DNA from: Trichormus sp. ATA11-4-KO1
GTDB taxonomy: Bacteria > Cyanobacteriota > Cyanobacteriia > Cyanobacteriales > Nostocaceae
Assembly (NCBI GenBank): GCA_019358915.1
Contig: JAHHIM010000001.1
Span: forward strand, 192,001 to 256,000
Length of the DNA stretch: 64,000 bases
Direction of reading: 5' to 3'
Numbering within the stretch: the first letter of the stretch is position 1; each line of letters begins with the position of its first letter. Of this stretch, positions 1-10,748 are shown one piece after another. A model generated the notes under the pieces. That model did not search any database, was not told the DNA's origin, and was given only the letters and a program-made list of their open reading frames with translations. Position numbers and translations under genes: made by a program.

Positions 1-87
1 GAAAACTAAACCCTCAATCAAGGGTAGCAAATAAGGTAAACAAGCAAAAATCCGGTCAGAAACCGTTGTAGACCCGCGCCAAGTCAT
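1..87 (-). CDS. Tic20/Ycf60-family membrane protein (5' part, runs off window)
   Basis: Manual translation MTWRGSTTVSDRIFACLPYLLPLIEGLVF; the DRxxAxLPYLLPL motif is typical of the Tic20 family. Not in the ORF track. Confidence 0.8.
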   Translation of the reverse strand, partial: MTWRGSTTVSDRIFACLPYLLPLIEGLVF

Positions 88-165
88 TATGCGTTCTCCT
101 GTGGCTAAAATTCAAGAGTTCTTGAGCCTAGGATAACGCAGTTGCTTGGTTTTGCTGATAGTTTC

Positions 166-366
166 TCATGATTCTACATACGCGATCCGGAAGCCCATCA
201 TACATTCGTATTGCTCTGGTTGGTGAGCAGTCAGTTTGCGAATGGCTTGACCACACCGCAGTTGACCGCCACGCCATCGAGGTTGACCGCTCTCATCGGC
301 AAGTAAACAAGATTGACAAACTTGCGCGGGGGCAAGAATTTGCTCATCCATTAAAATAACTAACAT
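166..366 (-). CDS. Small Cys-containing hypothetical protein
   Basis: MLVILMDEQILAPAQVCQSCLLAD...; GAGGA RBS-like sequence upstream of the ATG at 366; CxxC motif. Confidence 0.65.
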   Translation of the reverse strand: MLVILMDEQILAPAQVCQSCLLADESGQPRWRGGQLRCGQAIRKLTAHQPEQYECMMGFRIAYVES

Positions 367-1025
367 GCAATTCCTCCTGTAAATCCTCACTATTGACCCC
401 TTTTTTCCAGGAAAGACACACTTGATGAGTAGCCAAAATGCAACTAAAGCTAGATTGAGCTGAAGCTGTGCATTGAAACTATTGTGATTGTGTGATGGCG
501 ATCGCTAATCACGCTTAAGCGCATTCTCCTACGCAGTCCCAATGAAACGAATTTCATTGCCAAAAGACTAAGGACTGGTGAATGGGATTTTTACTCAACA
601 CATTCAAGTCAGTGGGTGGCAAATCTGGGGCTAGTAACAAAAAATTTCAAGTGAACTTTAATTTATTGTATGTTGTGTATCTGAGATAGCGATTGTTTCG
701 TCACAACTCATATATAAATTTTGACACCAAGGTTTTAGCAGAGATATTTATCAAGTATCCATTGCATCCCTGCAAAGTTAGCATTGGGAGTATGAAGAGT
801 GCTGAGTTAAAAGTGCTGAGTAAGGTAAAATTTGAGATTCAGGAATAAAGCTTGATCATCATTAATGCATTAGTTAGGTTGGCATCTAATAATAAATAAG
901 TCAGCACCAATAAACATCAATAAGTCAGCAGTCAAAAAAAACACAGACTATTGACCGTGAACGTTTACTGAGGTGCTGCTTCACCAAAATCTCCCGTTGT
1001 GCAAATTTCCATAAGGATAGTTGAA

Positions 1026-2309
1026 GTGACTAGGAATAATTCAGACTTTCTGGCTGACTCTGATCCCGCGATCGCTCTGTTAATTAACCAAGAACTACAG
1101 CGTCAACGCGACCACTTAGAGTTGATTGCTAGTGAAAACTTTACCTCGGCTGCTGTACTGGCAGCACAAGGTTCAGCACTGACAAATAAATACGCTGAAG
1201 GATTGCCTGGTAAACGCTACTATGGCGGTTGTGAATTTATCGATAAAATCGAGCAACTAGCGATCGACCGTGCTAAACAATTGTTTGGTGCGGCTCATGC
1301 GAATGTACAACCCCATGCTGGCGCTCAGGCAAATTTTGCAGTTTTCCTCACATTACTGGAACCAGGTGACAAAATCATGGGCATGGATTTGTCTCATGGG
1401 GGACATCTCACCCACGGTTCGCCAGTGAATGTTTCCGGTAAGTGGTTCCAAGTTTGCCACTACGGCGTGAGCCAACAAACAGAACAGCTAGACTATGACC
1501 AAATTCGGGAGCTGGCGCTGAGGGAGCGTCCCAAGCTCTTAATTTGCGGTTATTCAGCTTATCCCCGTGTGATTGATTTTGCCAAGTTTCGCAGCATTGC
1601 TGATGAAATTGGTGCTTACTTACTAGCTGATATTGCTCATATCGCTGGTTTAGTTGCGAGTGGTCTTCATCCTAACCCCATCCCTGACTGTGATGTAGTC
1701 ACAACAACAACTCATAAAACTCTGCGTGGCCCTCGCGGTGGTTTGATTTTGACCCGCGACGCAGAACTGGGCAAAAAGCTAGACAAATCAGTGTTCCCTG
1801 GCACTCAAGGTGGGCCTTTAGAACATGTGATTGCGGCTAAAGCAGTAGCTTTTGGAGAAGCACTGAAACCAGATTTTAAGACTTATTCTGCTCAAGTGAT
1901 TGATAATGCTCGTGCCTTGGCTCATCAACTCCAAAACCGTGGTTTAAAATTAGTATCAAATGGTACTGATAATCATTTAATGCTAGTAGATTTACAGAAT
2001 ATCGGACTCACAGGTAAGCAAGCCGACCAGCTGGTGAGTGGTGTAAATATTACCGCCAACAAAAATACGGTTCCCTTTGATCCGCAATCACCATTTGTCA
2101 CCAGTGGTTTGAGGTTAGGTTCTCCAGCCATGACCACAAGAGGCTTGGGAGTAGCAGAATTTACCGAGATTGGCAATATTATTGCCGATCGCCTGCTTGA
2201 TCCCGATTCGGAGACAGTCGCCCAAGATTGCCGACAACGGGTAGCAGCATTATGCGATCGCTTCCCCTTGTATCCTCATTGGGAAATTCCTGTACCAGCT
2301 TTAGTGTAG
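1026..2309 (+). CDS. glyA: Serine hydroxymethyltransferase
   Basis: LIASEN, NKYAEG..YYGG and [17 protein letters not shown]-lysine motifs; GTG start at 1026 is probable. Confidence 0.98.
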   Translation: MTRNNSDFLADSDPAIALLINQELQRQRDHLELIASENFTSAAVLAAQGSALTNKYAEGLPGKRYYGGCEFIDKIEQLAIDRAKQLFGAAHANVQPHAGAQANFAVFLTLLEPGDKIMGMDLSHGGHLTHGSPVNVSGKWFQVCHYGVSQQTEQLDYDQIRELALRERPKLLICGYSAYPRVIDFAKFRSIADEIGAYLLADIAHIAGLVASGLHPNPIPDCDVVTTTTHKTLRGPRGGLILTRDAELGKKLDKSVFPGTQGGPLEHVIAAKAVAFGEALKPDFKTYSAQVIDNARALAHQLQNRGLKLVSNGTDNHLMLVDLQNIGLTGKQADQLVSGVNITANKNTVPFDPQSPFVTSGLRLGSPAMTTRGLGVAEFTEIGNIIADRLLDPDSETVAQDCRQRVAALCDRFPLYPHWEIPVPALV

Positions 2310-2323
2310 GCAGGGGAGCAGGG

Positions 2324-2496
2324 CAGGGCTGATTCGTTCCCTAAAAGGGTTAAAATTGCAAGGGCAAATCCACAATTAAGACCAAAAATTTTGGCATCTT
2401 CAGTCCGAAATACCTGATTTTTCTTTGCGTCTTTGCGCCTTTGCGTGAGATTATCCTCTTGACAAATCTCTAACACAAGCGAATGAAACAGCCCTG
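2324..2496. mobile_element. MITE family A, copy 1 (173 bp)
   Basis: Imperfect TIRs CAGGGCTGATTCGTTC / GAATGAAACAGCCCTG; near-identical to 10527-10699. Confidence 0.85.
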
Positions 2497-2605
2497 CCCC
2501 ATCTCCCCATCCCCACTCTCCATGCTGATTAAAGCCGGAAATGTAGTAAATATTAAATAGCAACGTCCCTCGTTTGTCTTAGCAAACTACTTATTGAAAA
2601 TACCG

Positions 2606-3655
2606 ATGCCTGCTCAGATTTATCATCTGATCGCTTTCCTCATTGCCGCAGTAGTCGTCCTCTGGACTACGCCTGATGTTAAAAACATTGGTATAAAAAG
2701 TGGACGTGTGGATCAACCTGGCGATCGCAAAGTCCATAAACGTCCGATGGTACGTTTGGGGGGAGTTTCTATCTTCGCAGGTACTATCGCCTCCTTACTA
2801 ATTATCTGGTGGTTGGGCGGATTCGGAAATTTACCACCTGACAAAGAATGGCAAATCTGGGGTGTTACCTTAGGTGGTCTTGGCTTTTTTCTCATTGGTT
2901 TAGCAGACGATTTGTTAAACCTATCTCCCTTAACACGCCTAATCATGCAAATTATTGTGGCAGCTGGTGCTTGGAAAGCGGGAGTAAGCATAGATTTTAT
3001 TACCATTCCCACAGTCGGGATAGTTGACCTCAATTGGCTCAGTTTGCCCATCACAGTCATTTGGTTGGTAGGGATGGTCAACGCCATTAACTGGATTGAC
3101 GGTTTAGATGGATTAGCTGCTGGGGTATCAGGAATTGCTGCTGTAGTGATGCTGCTTGTGTCTCTGTTGATGCGGCAACCAGAAGCAGCCCTGATTGCCG
3201 CCGCCTTGGCTGGCGCTTCCCTAGGATTTCTGCGTTACAATTTCAACCCAGCACAAATCTTTATGGGGGATGGCGGGGCTTATTTTATGGGATTTACCCT
3301 AGCGGCTGTGGGTGTAATCGGGCTGGTAAAAATCCCTGCTTTTACTGCTGTGATCTTGCCTTATCTAATTTTGGCAGTACCAATTGTAGACATGTCAGCA
3401 GTAATTTTGGCACGAATTTTTAGTGGTAAATTGCCCTGGGTTGCAGATGGACATAGCCATCTACACCATCGACTATTAAAGGCTGGTCTATCCCATCGAT
3501 GGACTGTTTTGTTCATTTACTCTTTAACCCTCTGGGTTGGGAGTCTGGCATTGGCTATTGCTGGTATTCCCAGTGGCATGATTTATGCCAGTGCCACAAC
3601 CTCGCTGCTAAGTTACGTTACCTGGCGAGTGTGGAAACTCTCTCAGCAAAAGTAA
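2606..3655 (+). CDS. MraY/WecA-family (glycosyltransferase family 4) polyprenyl-phosphate sugar-1-phosphate transferase
   Basis: GLADD, NAINWIDGLDGLA, FMGDGG and HLHH motifs; multiple TM segments. Confidence 0.92.
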   Translation: MPAQIYHLIAFLIAAVVVLWTTPDVKNIGIKSGRVDQPGDRKVHKRPMVRLGGVSIFAGTIASLLIIWWLGGFGNLPPDKEWQIWGVTLGGLGFFLIGLADDLLNLSPLTRLIMQIIVAAGAWKAGVSIDFITIPTVGIVDLNWLSLPITVIWLVGMVNAINWIDGLDGLAAGVSGIAAVVMLLVSLLMRQPEAALIAAALAGASLGFLRYNFNPAQIFMGDGGAYFMGFTLAAVGVIGLVKIPAFTAVILPYLILAVPIVDMSAVILARIFSGKLPWVADGHSHLHHRLLKAGLSHRWTVLFIYSLTLWVGSLALAIAGIPSGMIYASATTSLLSYVTWRVWKLSQQK

Positions 3656-3757
3656 ATAGTGGTTTTCTAAGTGCTTTTCTGAGTGCTGAGTGCTGAGTGC
3701 TGAGTAAAAAATACTATTCCCCATTCCCTATTCCCCATTCCCCACTCTCTTAATTAC

Positions 3758-5017
3758 ATGAGTGCAGAAATTATTTGTGTTGGTACTGAACTACTGCTAG
3801 GAGATATCCTCAACAGTAATGCTCAATTTTTGGCGCAACAATTAGCGCAACTGGGGATTCCTCACTACTATCAAACAGTAGTTGGGGATAACCCAGAACG
3901 ACTGAAGCAAGTTATAGAAATTGCTTTATCAAGAGCGCAAGTTCTGATTTTTACAGGTGGTCTTGGCCCTACACCTGATGACCTGACCTGTGAAACCATC
4001 GCTGATTTCTTTGATGTTCCCTTGGTAGAAAGCCCAGAAATTATCGAAGACATCACTCAGAAATTTGCCCAACGCGGTCGGGTAATGACCCCTACAAACC
4101 GCAAACAAGCGTTGATTCCCCAAGGTGCAAACATTTTACCCAACCCTACTGGTACAGCACCCGGTATTATTTGGCAACCTCGTCCTGAAATCACAATTCT
4201 CACTTTTCCTGGTGTACCGTCAGAAATGCATCGGATGTGGGATGAAACAGCAGTACCTTTTCTCAAAAGCCAAGGTTGGGGCAAAGAAATTATTTACAGT
4301 CGGAGTTTGAAGTTTTGGGGTATTGGTGAATCTGCTTTAGCAGAGAAAGTTGCTCCCTATTTTAATTTGCCTAATCCCACAGTAGCCCCTTATGCAGGTA
4401 AGGGTGAAGTTAGACTGCGTATTTCAGCTAAGGCTGCAACAGATGCAGCAGCTGAGGCTTTGATTGCGCCGATTGAGAAACAACTCAAAGACATTGCGGG
4501 ATTAGATTATTACGGTGCTGATGATGACACTTTGGCTACCGTAGTTGGTCAATTGTTGCGTGTATCAGGAGCCACGCTGTCAGTAGCAGAATCTTGCACT
4601 GGTGGTGGACTAGGGCAAATGTTGACTGATATTTCTGGAAGTTCTGATTACTTTTGGGGTGGGGTAATTTCTTATGACAACTCGGTCAAGGTGGGGTTAC
4701 TGGGAGTGAACCCAGACGACTTAGATAAATTTGGGGCGGTGAGTGCTACTGTTGCAGAACAAATGGCGATAGGGGTAAAAACTCGCCTGGCAACTGCTTG
4801 GGGATTAAGTATTACTGGTATTGCTGGTCCCACTGGTGGAACGGATACTAAACCAGTGGGTTTAGTTTATATTGGTTTAGCTGGGCCAAAAGACGAAGTG
4901 AAAAGTTTTGAGTATCGGTTTGGCACAATGCGGGGGCGTGCTTTAATTCGTTATGTGAGTGCATGTACAGCTTTGGATTTGCTGCGACGAAGATTGTGCA
5001 AAGCGAAGGAAGAATGA
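3758..5017 (+). CDS. cinA: Competence/damage-inducible protein A (MCF + PncC domains)
   Basis: GTELLLG, GGLGPTPDDLT and AESCTGG motifs. Confidence 0.95.
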   Translation: MSAEIICVGTELLLGDILNSNAQFLAQQLAQLGIPHYYQTVVGDNPERLKQVIEIALSRAQVLIFTGGLGPTPDDLTCETIADFFDVPLVESPEIIEDITQKFAQRGRVMTPTNRKQALIPQGANILPNPTGTAPGIIWQPRPEITILTFPGVPSEMHRMWDETAVPFLKSQGWGKEIIYSRSLKFWGIGESALAEKVAPYFNLPNPTVAPYAGKGEVRLRISAKAATDAAAEALIAPIEKQLKDIAGLDYYGADDDTLATVVGQLLRVSGATLSVAESCTGGGLGQMLTDISGSSDYFWGGVISYDNSVKVGLLGVNPDDLDKFGAVSATVAEQMAIGVKTRLATAWGLSITGIAGPTGGTDTKPVGLVYIGLAGPKDEVKSFEYRFGTMRGRALIRYVSACTALDLLRRRLCKAKEE

Positions 5018-5137
5018 AGAAATTATATGGGGATTGAGACCCCACCTTTATAGGTGCTGCTGAATCAAAAATTTAGCACTTTACTCTTACCCAAGCTTCC
5101 TTTGGTCGCGATTCGTCAGAGGATCATCCGTCTTCCG

Positions 5138-5292
5138 TCTGACTTGAAAGTGCTGAGTGCTAAGTGCTGAGTGCTGAGTAAAAATCCCAGTCCCCATTGC
5201 CCCTTATCCCCAGAGGGGGCACCGAGTTCCCCAGTCCCTAGTCCCTCTTTCATACTTGGCTGTGAAACTCGTTTCATTGGGACTTCCCTCTG
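5138..5292. repeat. Composite dispersed repeat, copy 1
   Basis: Shares TCTGACTTGAAAGTGCTGAGTGC...CTCTTTCATACTTGGCTGTGAAACTCGTTTCAT..CCCTCTG with 46896-47037. Confidence 0.75.
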
Positions 5293-5304
5293 AGTTCGTT
5301 GAGG

Positions 5305-6357
5305 TTAAGAGAATTCTATAGTCTCCACAAACTCTAAGATATTCTCCTTCATCTCCTCGGCTTCTTCTTCAAGAGAATCTGGTGTTTCACCATTAAAAAA
5401 GCTGTGCTGGCTGCTAACTATATACAAATAGTTAGTATTCATAAATGCGAGAAGCCCTCGGTATGCGTCCAATCTTATGGCAGTACCGTTATTTCCTGGC
5501 TGGGAAATTGTTGAACCCTGAGGCATATCGACTAAAGCAAAGTAAGATCCTTCCATCGTGTCTGCCAAATATTCAGTATATTTCACTTCCGCATTGGGTA
5601 CATTAGTATAAATTGCTTGTGGTAGATACTTATTTATGAGAATTGATTGAAGATATTCTTCCTGTCCAATAGATTCCAATTCCTCTAACTGTTCTGAGGG
5701 TATGGGATAATAATGGATTCTCAACAAAGTGCCGAAGTCATCAGAAAAGCCAACTAACCCTTCTTGACTTTGTACCTTCCCGCCTTGCTGTGGATCTACT
5801 GGAATTGGGACTGAAAAATTACCTAAGGGCGATTCATATACCTCATCGCCATAATCTGTAACGACTACTGTGTCTTCTTCGTCATCTAGGTATTCTTCAT
5901 TTTCTGCTTCTTGAAAGGCGGCTATTACCTCCTGGATAATTTCTTGTGCTTCTTCATCCTCAAGTTCCAAGGCTTGCTGTAATTCTTGGAGGTAAGGTTG
6001 TTTCTGTTTGGGGATCACTAGTTCTTCTTCATCGATTACTACGATTACCCCTGTGGCAAAAGCATCTAACACTAGGTCATCTGTGAGGCTTTCACTGGCA
6101 ACATTAAACAGGTATCCTAGTCCCTCAACTTCTGCCATACCTATGAGTCTATCGACTATTTGGGCAATCTCATCTTCTGAGTATTCCTCAAAAACCTCGA
6201 ATTCCCAAAGGATACTCGCTAAAGTTTCTGCATCCACCTCTTCAACAGAAGAATGAGCGATCGCCGTTGTCACCGCGATCGCTGCTACTGCTTCTTCTGG
6301 ACTCAGTGATTCTTCTGTAACCTCTGATGAATTAAAAATCTTGTCATATTTAGTCAT
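5305..6357 (-). CDS. Acidic protein with TerB-like N-terminal domain
   Basis: N-terminal LSPEEAVAAIA..., with the helical pattern ending in L.ELQQALEL..EEAQEII that resembles TerB family proteins; very Glu/Asp-rich. Confidence 0.6.
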   Translation of the reverse strand: MTKYDKIFNSSEVTEESLSPEEAVAAIAVTTAIAHSSVEEVDAETLASILWEFEVFEEYSEDEIAQIVDRLIGMAEVEGLGYLFNVASESLTDDLVLDAFATGVIVVIDEEELVIPKQKQPYLQELQQALELEDEEAQEIIQEVIAAFQEAENEEYLDDEEDTVVVTDYGDEVYESPLGNFSVPIPVDPQQGGKVQSQEGLVGFSDDFGTLLRIHYYPIPSEQLEELESIGQEEYLQSILINKYLPQAIYTNVPNAEVKYTEYLADTMEGSYFALVDMPQGSTISQPGNNGTAIRLDAYRGLLAFMNTNYLYIVSSQHSFFNGETPDSLEEEAEEMKENILEFVETIEFS

Positions 6358-6886
6358 AATTACTACCTCCTTTTTTTTGCTAGTACTAACAGATTAAAAG
6401 TAACAATGGTCAGTTTAGTAATGTAGCGAACCTCCTACAATGAAGGTTTGCTAATATCTGGCTGACTCAATGTCCCTCAGAATATCTCCAGTGCTAATTA
6501 ATTTTTACTGAAATTTGCTTGTAGTCAAGTCTTTAATTTACCCTATCCCGAATGTCAAACATACAGAGAGCGAACAGTAATATTTTTATAGGAACTGGGA
6601 TTTATTGAGTAACCTTGATATCCTGAGTATCCCTAGGATGCCTGATATTTCATTTCAGCGTTAATATTTACTTTACAGTTCAATTACCCTAGCAGTACTC
6701 ATCTTGTGCTGGGAACTTTTAGTGAATATAGTACACATCAGGGTAGAATTATAAACTAGCTCAAGATAGATTTTTATACCAAACGAAGGATGACATAATC
6801 CCGTTGTTTGTAGCGATACATAATACTGAGTAAGACTGTACTCATAGTTTGAGCAACCCTAACTTTATAAAACTTTGCTACTTAAT

Positions 6887-8815
6887 ATGGTGAAAAATCC
6901 TCCATCCCAGTTCTCAGAAAATCAATATCAAGTAGATTCTCCTAGTGCAGAAGTAGAATCTCTGATTCAAGTAACATCATTAGATACTGAGATTGACCTA
7001 GAGTTTCTTTACACCAGAGATATTGAATTTCGTCAAGAAACAATTTATTTTCTTGTAGTTGATCGCTTTTATGAAGGTGATCCGGATAACAGCAAAGGTG
7101 CTAACTCAAACCTTTACGATCCGACTGGACAAGATTGGGGTAAGTACTGGGGTGGCGACTTGCAAGGTGTCATCGATAAATTGGACTACCTCAAAAATAT
7201 GGGAGTGACGGCTGTCTGGTTAACTCCCCTGTTTGAGCAAGTAGAAGATTTACTGATTAGCAATGCAGCAATGCATGGTTATTGGACAAAAGACTTTAAA
7301 CGCATTAATCCACGCTACATTGCTCAGGGAGAAAATCCTTCCCTAAATGAAACCCAGGAAACCAAAAACACTACATTTGATCGGTTAATAGCCGAACTGC
7401 ACAAGCGCAACATGAAACTGGTGCTGGATATTGTTTGCAACCACAGTACCCCTGATACCAACGGTAGCAAAGGTGAACTATATGATGATGGAGTCAAAAT
7501 TGCTGACTTCAACAATGATGTCAATCACTGGTATCACCATTATGGTGAAGTGCAAGACTGGGAAGACGAATGGCAAGTGCAAAACTGTGAACTAGCAGGT
7601 TTAGCAACCTTCAATGAAAATAATGCTGAATATCGACAGTACATTAAGTCTGCAATTAAACAATGGCTAGACCGGGGTGTGGATGCACTACGTGTAGATA
7701 CTGTCAAACATATGCCTATCTGGTTTTGGCAAGAGTTCACTGGTGATATGACCAATCACAAACCAGATGTGTTTATTTTTGGAGAATGGATTTATAGCCA
7801 TCCTGGGGACGATCTCTCCGTTGAATTTGCCAATCACTCAGGTATGACCATGCTAGACTTTGGGCTATGCATGGCGATTCGGGCTGCATTGGCGCAAGGT
7901 TCAGACAATGGATTCCAAACAATTCAATACATTTTTGACCAAGACTATCGTTACAGTGGAGCAACAGAGTTAGTTACCTTCATCGATAACCATGATATGC
8001 CCCGCTTCCAATCGCTGAATCCTGATCCAGCGATGCTGAAAGTGGCGATCGCTCTAATTATGACAGCTCGTGGTATTCCCTGCATCTATTACGGCACAGA
8101 ACAGTATCTACATAACGATACCAATGGTGGTAACGATCCGTACAACCGCCCCATGATGGAAAAGTGGGATACTGAAACTGAGATTTATCGTTATATCAGA
8201 TTGCTGTCTGGCTTACGGCGATTGAATCCGGCCATTTCTATGGGTAGCCACTGGCAAAAATACCTCACACCTGACGTTTACTGCTATATCCGTCGCTATG
8301 GGGACTCTGTATGTTTTGTAGCACTGAACCGGGGAGGAGAGGTTACTTTACCAGAAGTAGACACAGAACTACCTGATGGGGAACATACCTGTGTAGTGAC
8401 TCGCAATAAGTATGAAATCCAAGACGGGAAAATTTATGATTTGCGAATCGAAGAACGTGGGGTGATTGTTTTAAGCCGCGTTGGGGAAAGGGTCAAAGGA
8501 CAAACTCTCGTCCGGGTACAACTCAATGGGGTACATACCCAACCAGGTGAAACCATCGTCGTGACTGGAGACTGTCCAGAATTAGGTAACTGGGATATCA
8601 GCAAGGCTTATCCCCTAGAGTACATCAACTCCAACACCTGGTTTGCAGAGATTCCCTTTGATGAAAGTGCTGGTAACTTGATTAGTTATAAATATGCCAT
8701 GTGGCGTGAAGGGCGATCGCCTCTGCGGGAAAATCTAGTCAACCGTCGTTGGGTAATCGCTAAAGAAGGCACTGTCAAATGGCGTGACACCTGGGCACCA
8801 GGACGGGAGTCATAG
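6887..8815 (+). CDS. GH13 alpha-amylase/CGTase-like protein with C-terminal CBM20
   Basis: YWGGDLQG, HGYW, RVDTVKH, GEW and FIDNHD catalytic motifs; ELGNWD CBM20 motif. Confidence 0.92.
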   Translation: MVKNPPSQFSENQYQVDSPSAEVESLIQVTSLDTEIDLEFLYTRDIEFRQETIYFLVVDRFYEGDPDNSKGANSNLYDPTGQDWGKYWGGDLQGVIDKLDYLKNMGVTAVWLTPLFEQVEDLLISNAAMHGYWTKDFKRINPRYIAQGENPSLNETQETKNTTFDRLIAELHKRNMKLVLDIVCNHSTPDTNGSKGELYDDGVKIADFNNDVNHWYHHYGEVQDWEDEWQVQNCELAGLATFNENNAEYRQYIKSAIKQWLDRGVDALRVDTVKHMPIWFWQEFTGDMTNHKPDVFIFGEWIYSHPGDDLSVEFANHSGMTMLDFGLCMAIRAALAQGSDNGFQTIQYIFDQDYRYSGATELVTFIDNHDMPRFQSLNPDPAMLKVAIALIMTARGIPCIYYGTEQYLHNDTNGGNDPYNRPMMEKWDTETEIYRYIRLLSGLRRLNPAISMGSHWQKYLTPDVYCYIRRYGDSVCFVALNRGGEVTLPEVDTELPDGEHTCVVTRNKYEIQDGKIYDLRIEERGVIVLSRVGERVKGQTLVRVQLNGVHTQPGETIVVTGDCPELGNWDISKAYPLEYINSNTWFAEIPFDESAGNLISYKYAMWREGRSPLRENLVNRRWVIAKEGTVKWRDTWAPGRES

Positions 8816-8840
8816 CTTTGGTGTCAACAGTAGCTAGAAA

Positions 8841-9761
8841 TCAGCCACTCACTTGGGCCATCACAGTCCGATGACGTGGGGTATTGCTAGTGATTGTGGG
8901 AACTTGAAAACCAGCCTCCACTAAAACCTGCTCAATATCTAAGGCAAAATATTCATCTAAATAAGGTTCTGTACTTTTGAGCAGCGTCAAAATATATGGA
9001 GGCATTTTCTTGTAAACTTCAGATTGGGGATTCATGTCCATAATTGCCAAGTGACCACCCGGACGCAGCACACGCCGCATTTCTCCAAAAATCTTGCGAG
9101 TTGCTGACTGAGGTAATTCGTGGCACATCAAAAAAATTGAGACTAAATCAAACGAGGCATCTGGTAAGCCAGTAGATTCAGCTGTGGCATGAAGCCAATT
9201 AATCTTAGCTTGACGCTGTTGGGCGCGGTAGTGGGCAACAGCTAAAAAGTAAGGCGATAAGTCTAAGCCTGTAATCTGAGACTGGGGATAAACCTCTTGT
9301 AGGGCAAAGGTACTTAAACCAACGCTACATCCCACATCCAGAATATCTTGCGGATTATAGGAAAGCGAGTCTCTGAGAATATCGTGGTAACTTTGACGTA
9401 GTTTGGCATCACCTTGGGCTTCAGCATCCTGCCAAATTTTAGCGTGAACAGCATGAGCAGCAGGTTTTACTTCAAATGCAGCTTGCCAACTAAGATTACC
9501 AGTTTCGTAAGCATGGAATGAGGTGAGGTAATAGTCTGGATAAGAAAGTTGAGAATTCTTAACTTGAGCTAATTCTTGCGTCCAATCACGCGCCTGTAAT
9601 GCTTTTACTTCCTGTGTCCAAGGAACGCCAATTTTTTCAGCTCGTTTAATCATCATTTGTCTAGCTTGATGCTTGGCTAGATCGGCTAAAGGTTTAATAG
9701 CCAATATGCCATTTACCAAACGAGATGCTAAGCCAGGAGGAGTTGTTACAACAGCAGTCAT
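8841..9761 (-). CDS. Class I SAM-dependent methyltransferase
   Basis: ILDVGCSVG motif I; RVLRPGG. Confidence 0.9.
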   Translation of the reverse strand: MTAVVTTPPGLASRLVNGILAIKPLADLAKHQARQMMIKRAEKIGVPWTQEVKALQARDWTQELAQVKNSQLSYPDYYLTSFHAYETGNLSWQAAFEVKPAAHAVHAKIWQDAEAQGDAKLRQSYHDILRDSLSYNPQDILDVGCSVGLSTFALQEVYPQSQITGLDLSPYFLAVAHYRAQQRQAKINWLHATAESTGLPDASFDLVSIFLMCHELPQSATRKIFGEMRRVLRPGGHLAIMDMNPQSEVYKKMPPYILTLLKSTEPYLDEYFALDIEQVLVEAGFQVPTITSNTPRHRTVMAQVSG

Positions 9762-10019
9762 AAATCAGTTTGGGTTTAACAGCCTATTCTACTTATGACA
9801 CAATTAGGGAACAGGTGATAGGTGACAGGGAACGAAAGGTTATATGCGTTTCTTTCATTCCCAGCAGGTGGGGCACTTTCAATCAACACATTTAAATTTT
9901 TGTATTCTGGCCAAAGTGGGATGCTCCATTGGTCTAAGATTTGTAGTATTCCGATAACTTAGCCACACCAAAAAGCTGAGTAAGGTTTAAAAAACTACAA
10001 AAATTCTTGATAGTCAAGT

Positions 10020-10454
10020 ATGGCCAGAGTAAGAAGAAGAGCCAACGGCTTTTTAAGAGATTTTAAGGAATTTGCCCTTCAAGGCAATGTATTAGACTTA
10101 GCGATCGCAGTCATCATTGGTGCTGCTTTTGGTAGAATTGTCACTTCCTTTGTTGAGGATGTGATTATGCCATTCATTAATCCCTTGGTTGCTGTGACTG
10201 GCGAAGACTGGAGAACAATTACTGTTGGCCCAGGAATTAGAATCGGTAGTTTTCTCGGCGCGATCGTTGACTTTATCATCATTACCCTCATCATATTTGT
10301 AGCAGTACGAGCCTTACAAAGATTCAAAAGACAAGAAGAAGTCGCCGATGAACCCCCACCACCAGATCCTCATCTTGTCGCTCAGGAAAGACTAACTGGC
10401 GCGTTAGATAGGCTAACTGAAACCTTGGAATCTCACAATACTCAGGTTTTGTAA
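10020..10454 (+). CDS. mscL: Large-conductance mechanosensitive channel
   Basis: FKEFALQGNVLDLAIAVIIGAAFGRIV. Confidence 0.95.
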   Translation: MARVRRRANGFLRDFKEFALQGNVLDLAIAVIIGAAFGRIVTSFVEDVIMPFINPLVAVTGEDWRTITVGPGIRIGSFLGAIVDFIIITLIIFVAVRALQRFKRQEEVADEPPPPDPHLVAQERLTGALDRLTETLESHNTQVL

Positions 10455-10526
10455 GCATATTGGCAAAGAACCCAGAAACGCAAAGAGGACGGAGGAGCAA
10501 ATTGATAATTATTCCCCCTGTCCCCC

Positions 10527-10699
10527 CAGGGCTGATTCGTTCCCTAAAAGGGTTAAAATTGCAAGGGCAAATCCACAATTAAGACCGAAAATTTTGGCAT
10601 CTTCAGTCCGAAATACCTGATTTTTCTTTGCGTCTTTGCGCCTTTGCGTGAGATTATCCTCTTGACAAATCTCCAACACAAGCGAATGAAACAGCCCTA
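10527..10699. mobile_element. MITE family A, copy 2 (173 bp) with 10-bp target-site duplication
   Basis: TIRs as in copy 1; flanked on both sides by CCTGTCCCCC (10517-10526 and 10700-10709). Confidence 0.9.
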
Positions 10700-10748
10700 C
10701 CTGTCCCCCTGTCCCCTTGTCCCCTTGTCCCCTTGTCTCCCACTCCCT

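Noticed and set aside
930..1025. Riboswitch upstream of glyA
   Set aside because: I could not match ZTP, glycine or THF riboswitch consensus features by eye; an Rfam scan would settle it.
2276..2563. 95-aa ORF (and 10324-10578, 18729-18935, 46846-47061)
   Set aside because: These ORFs arise from MITE or repeat sequence.
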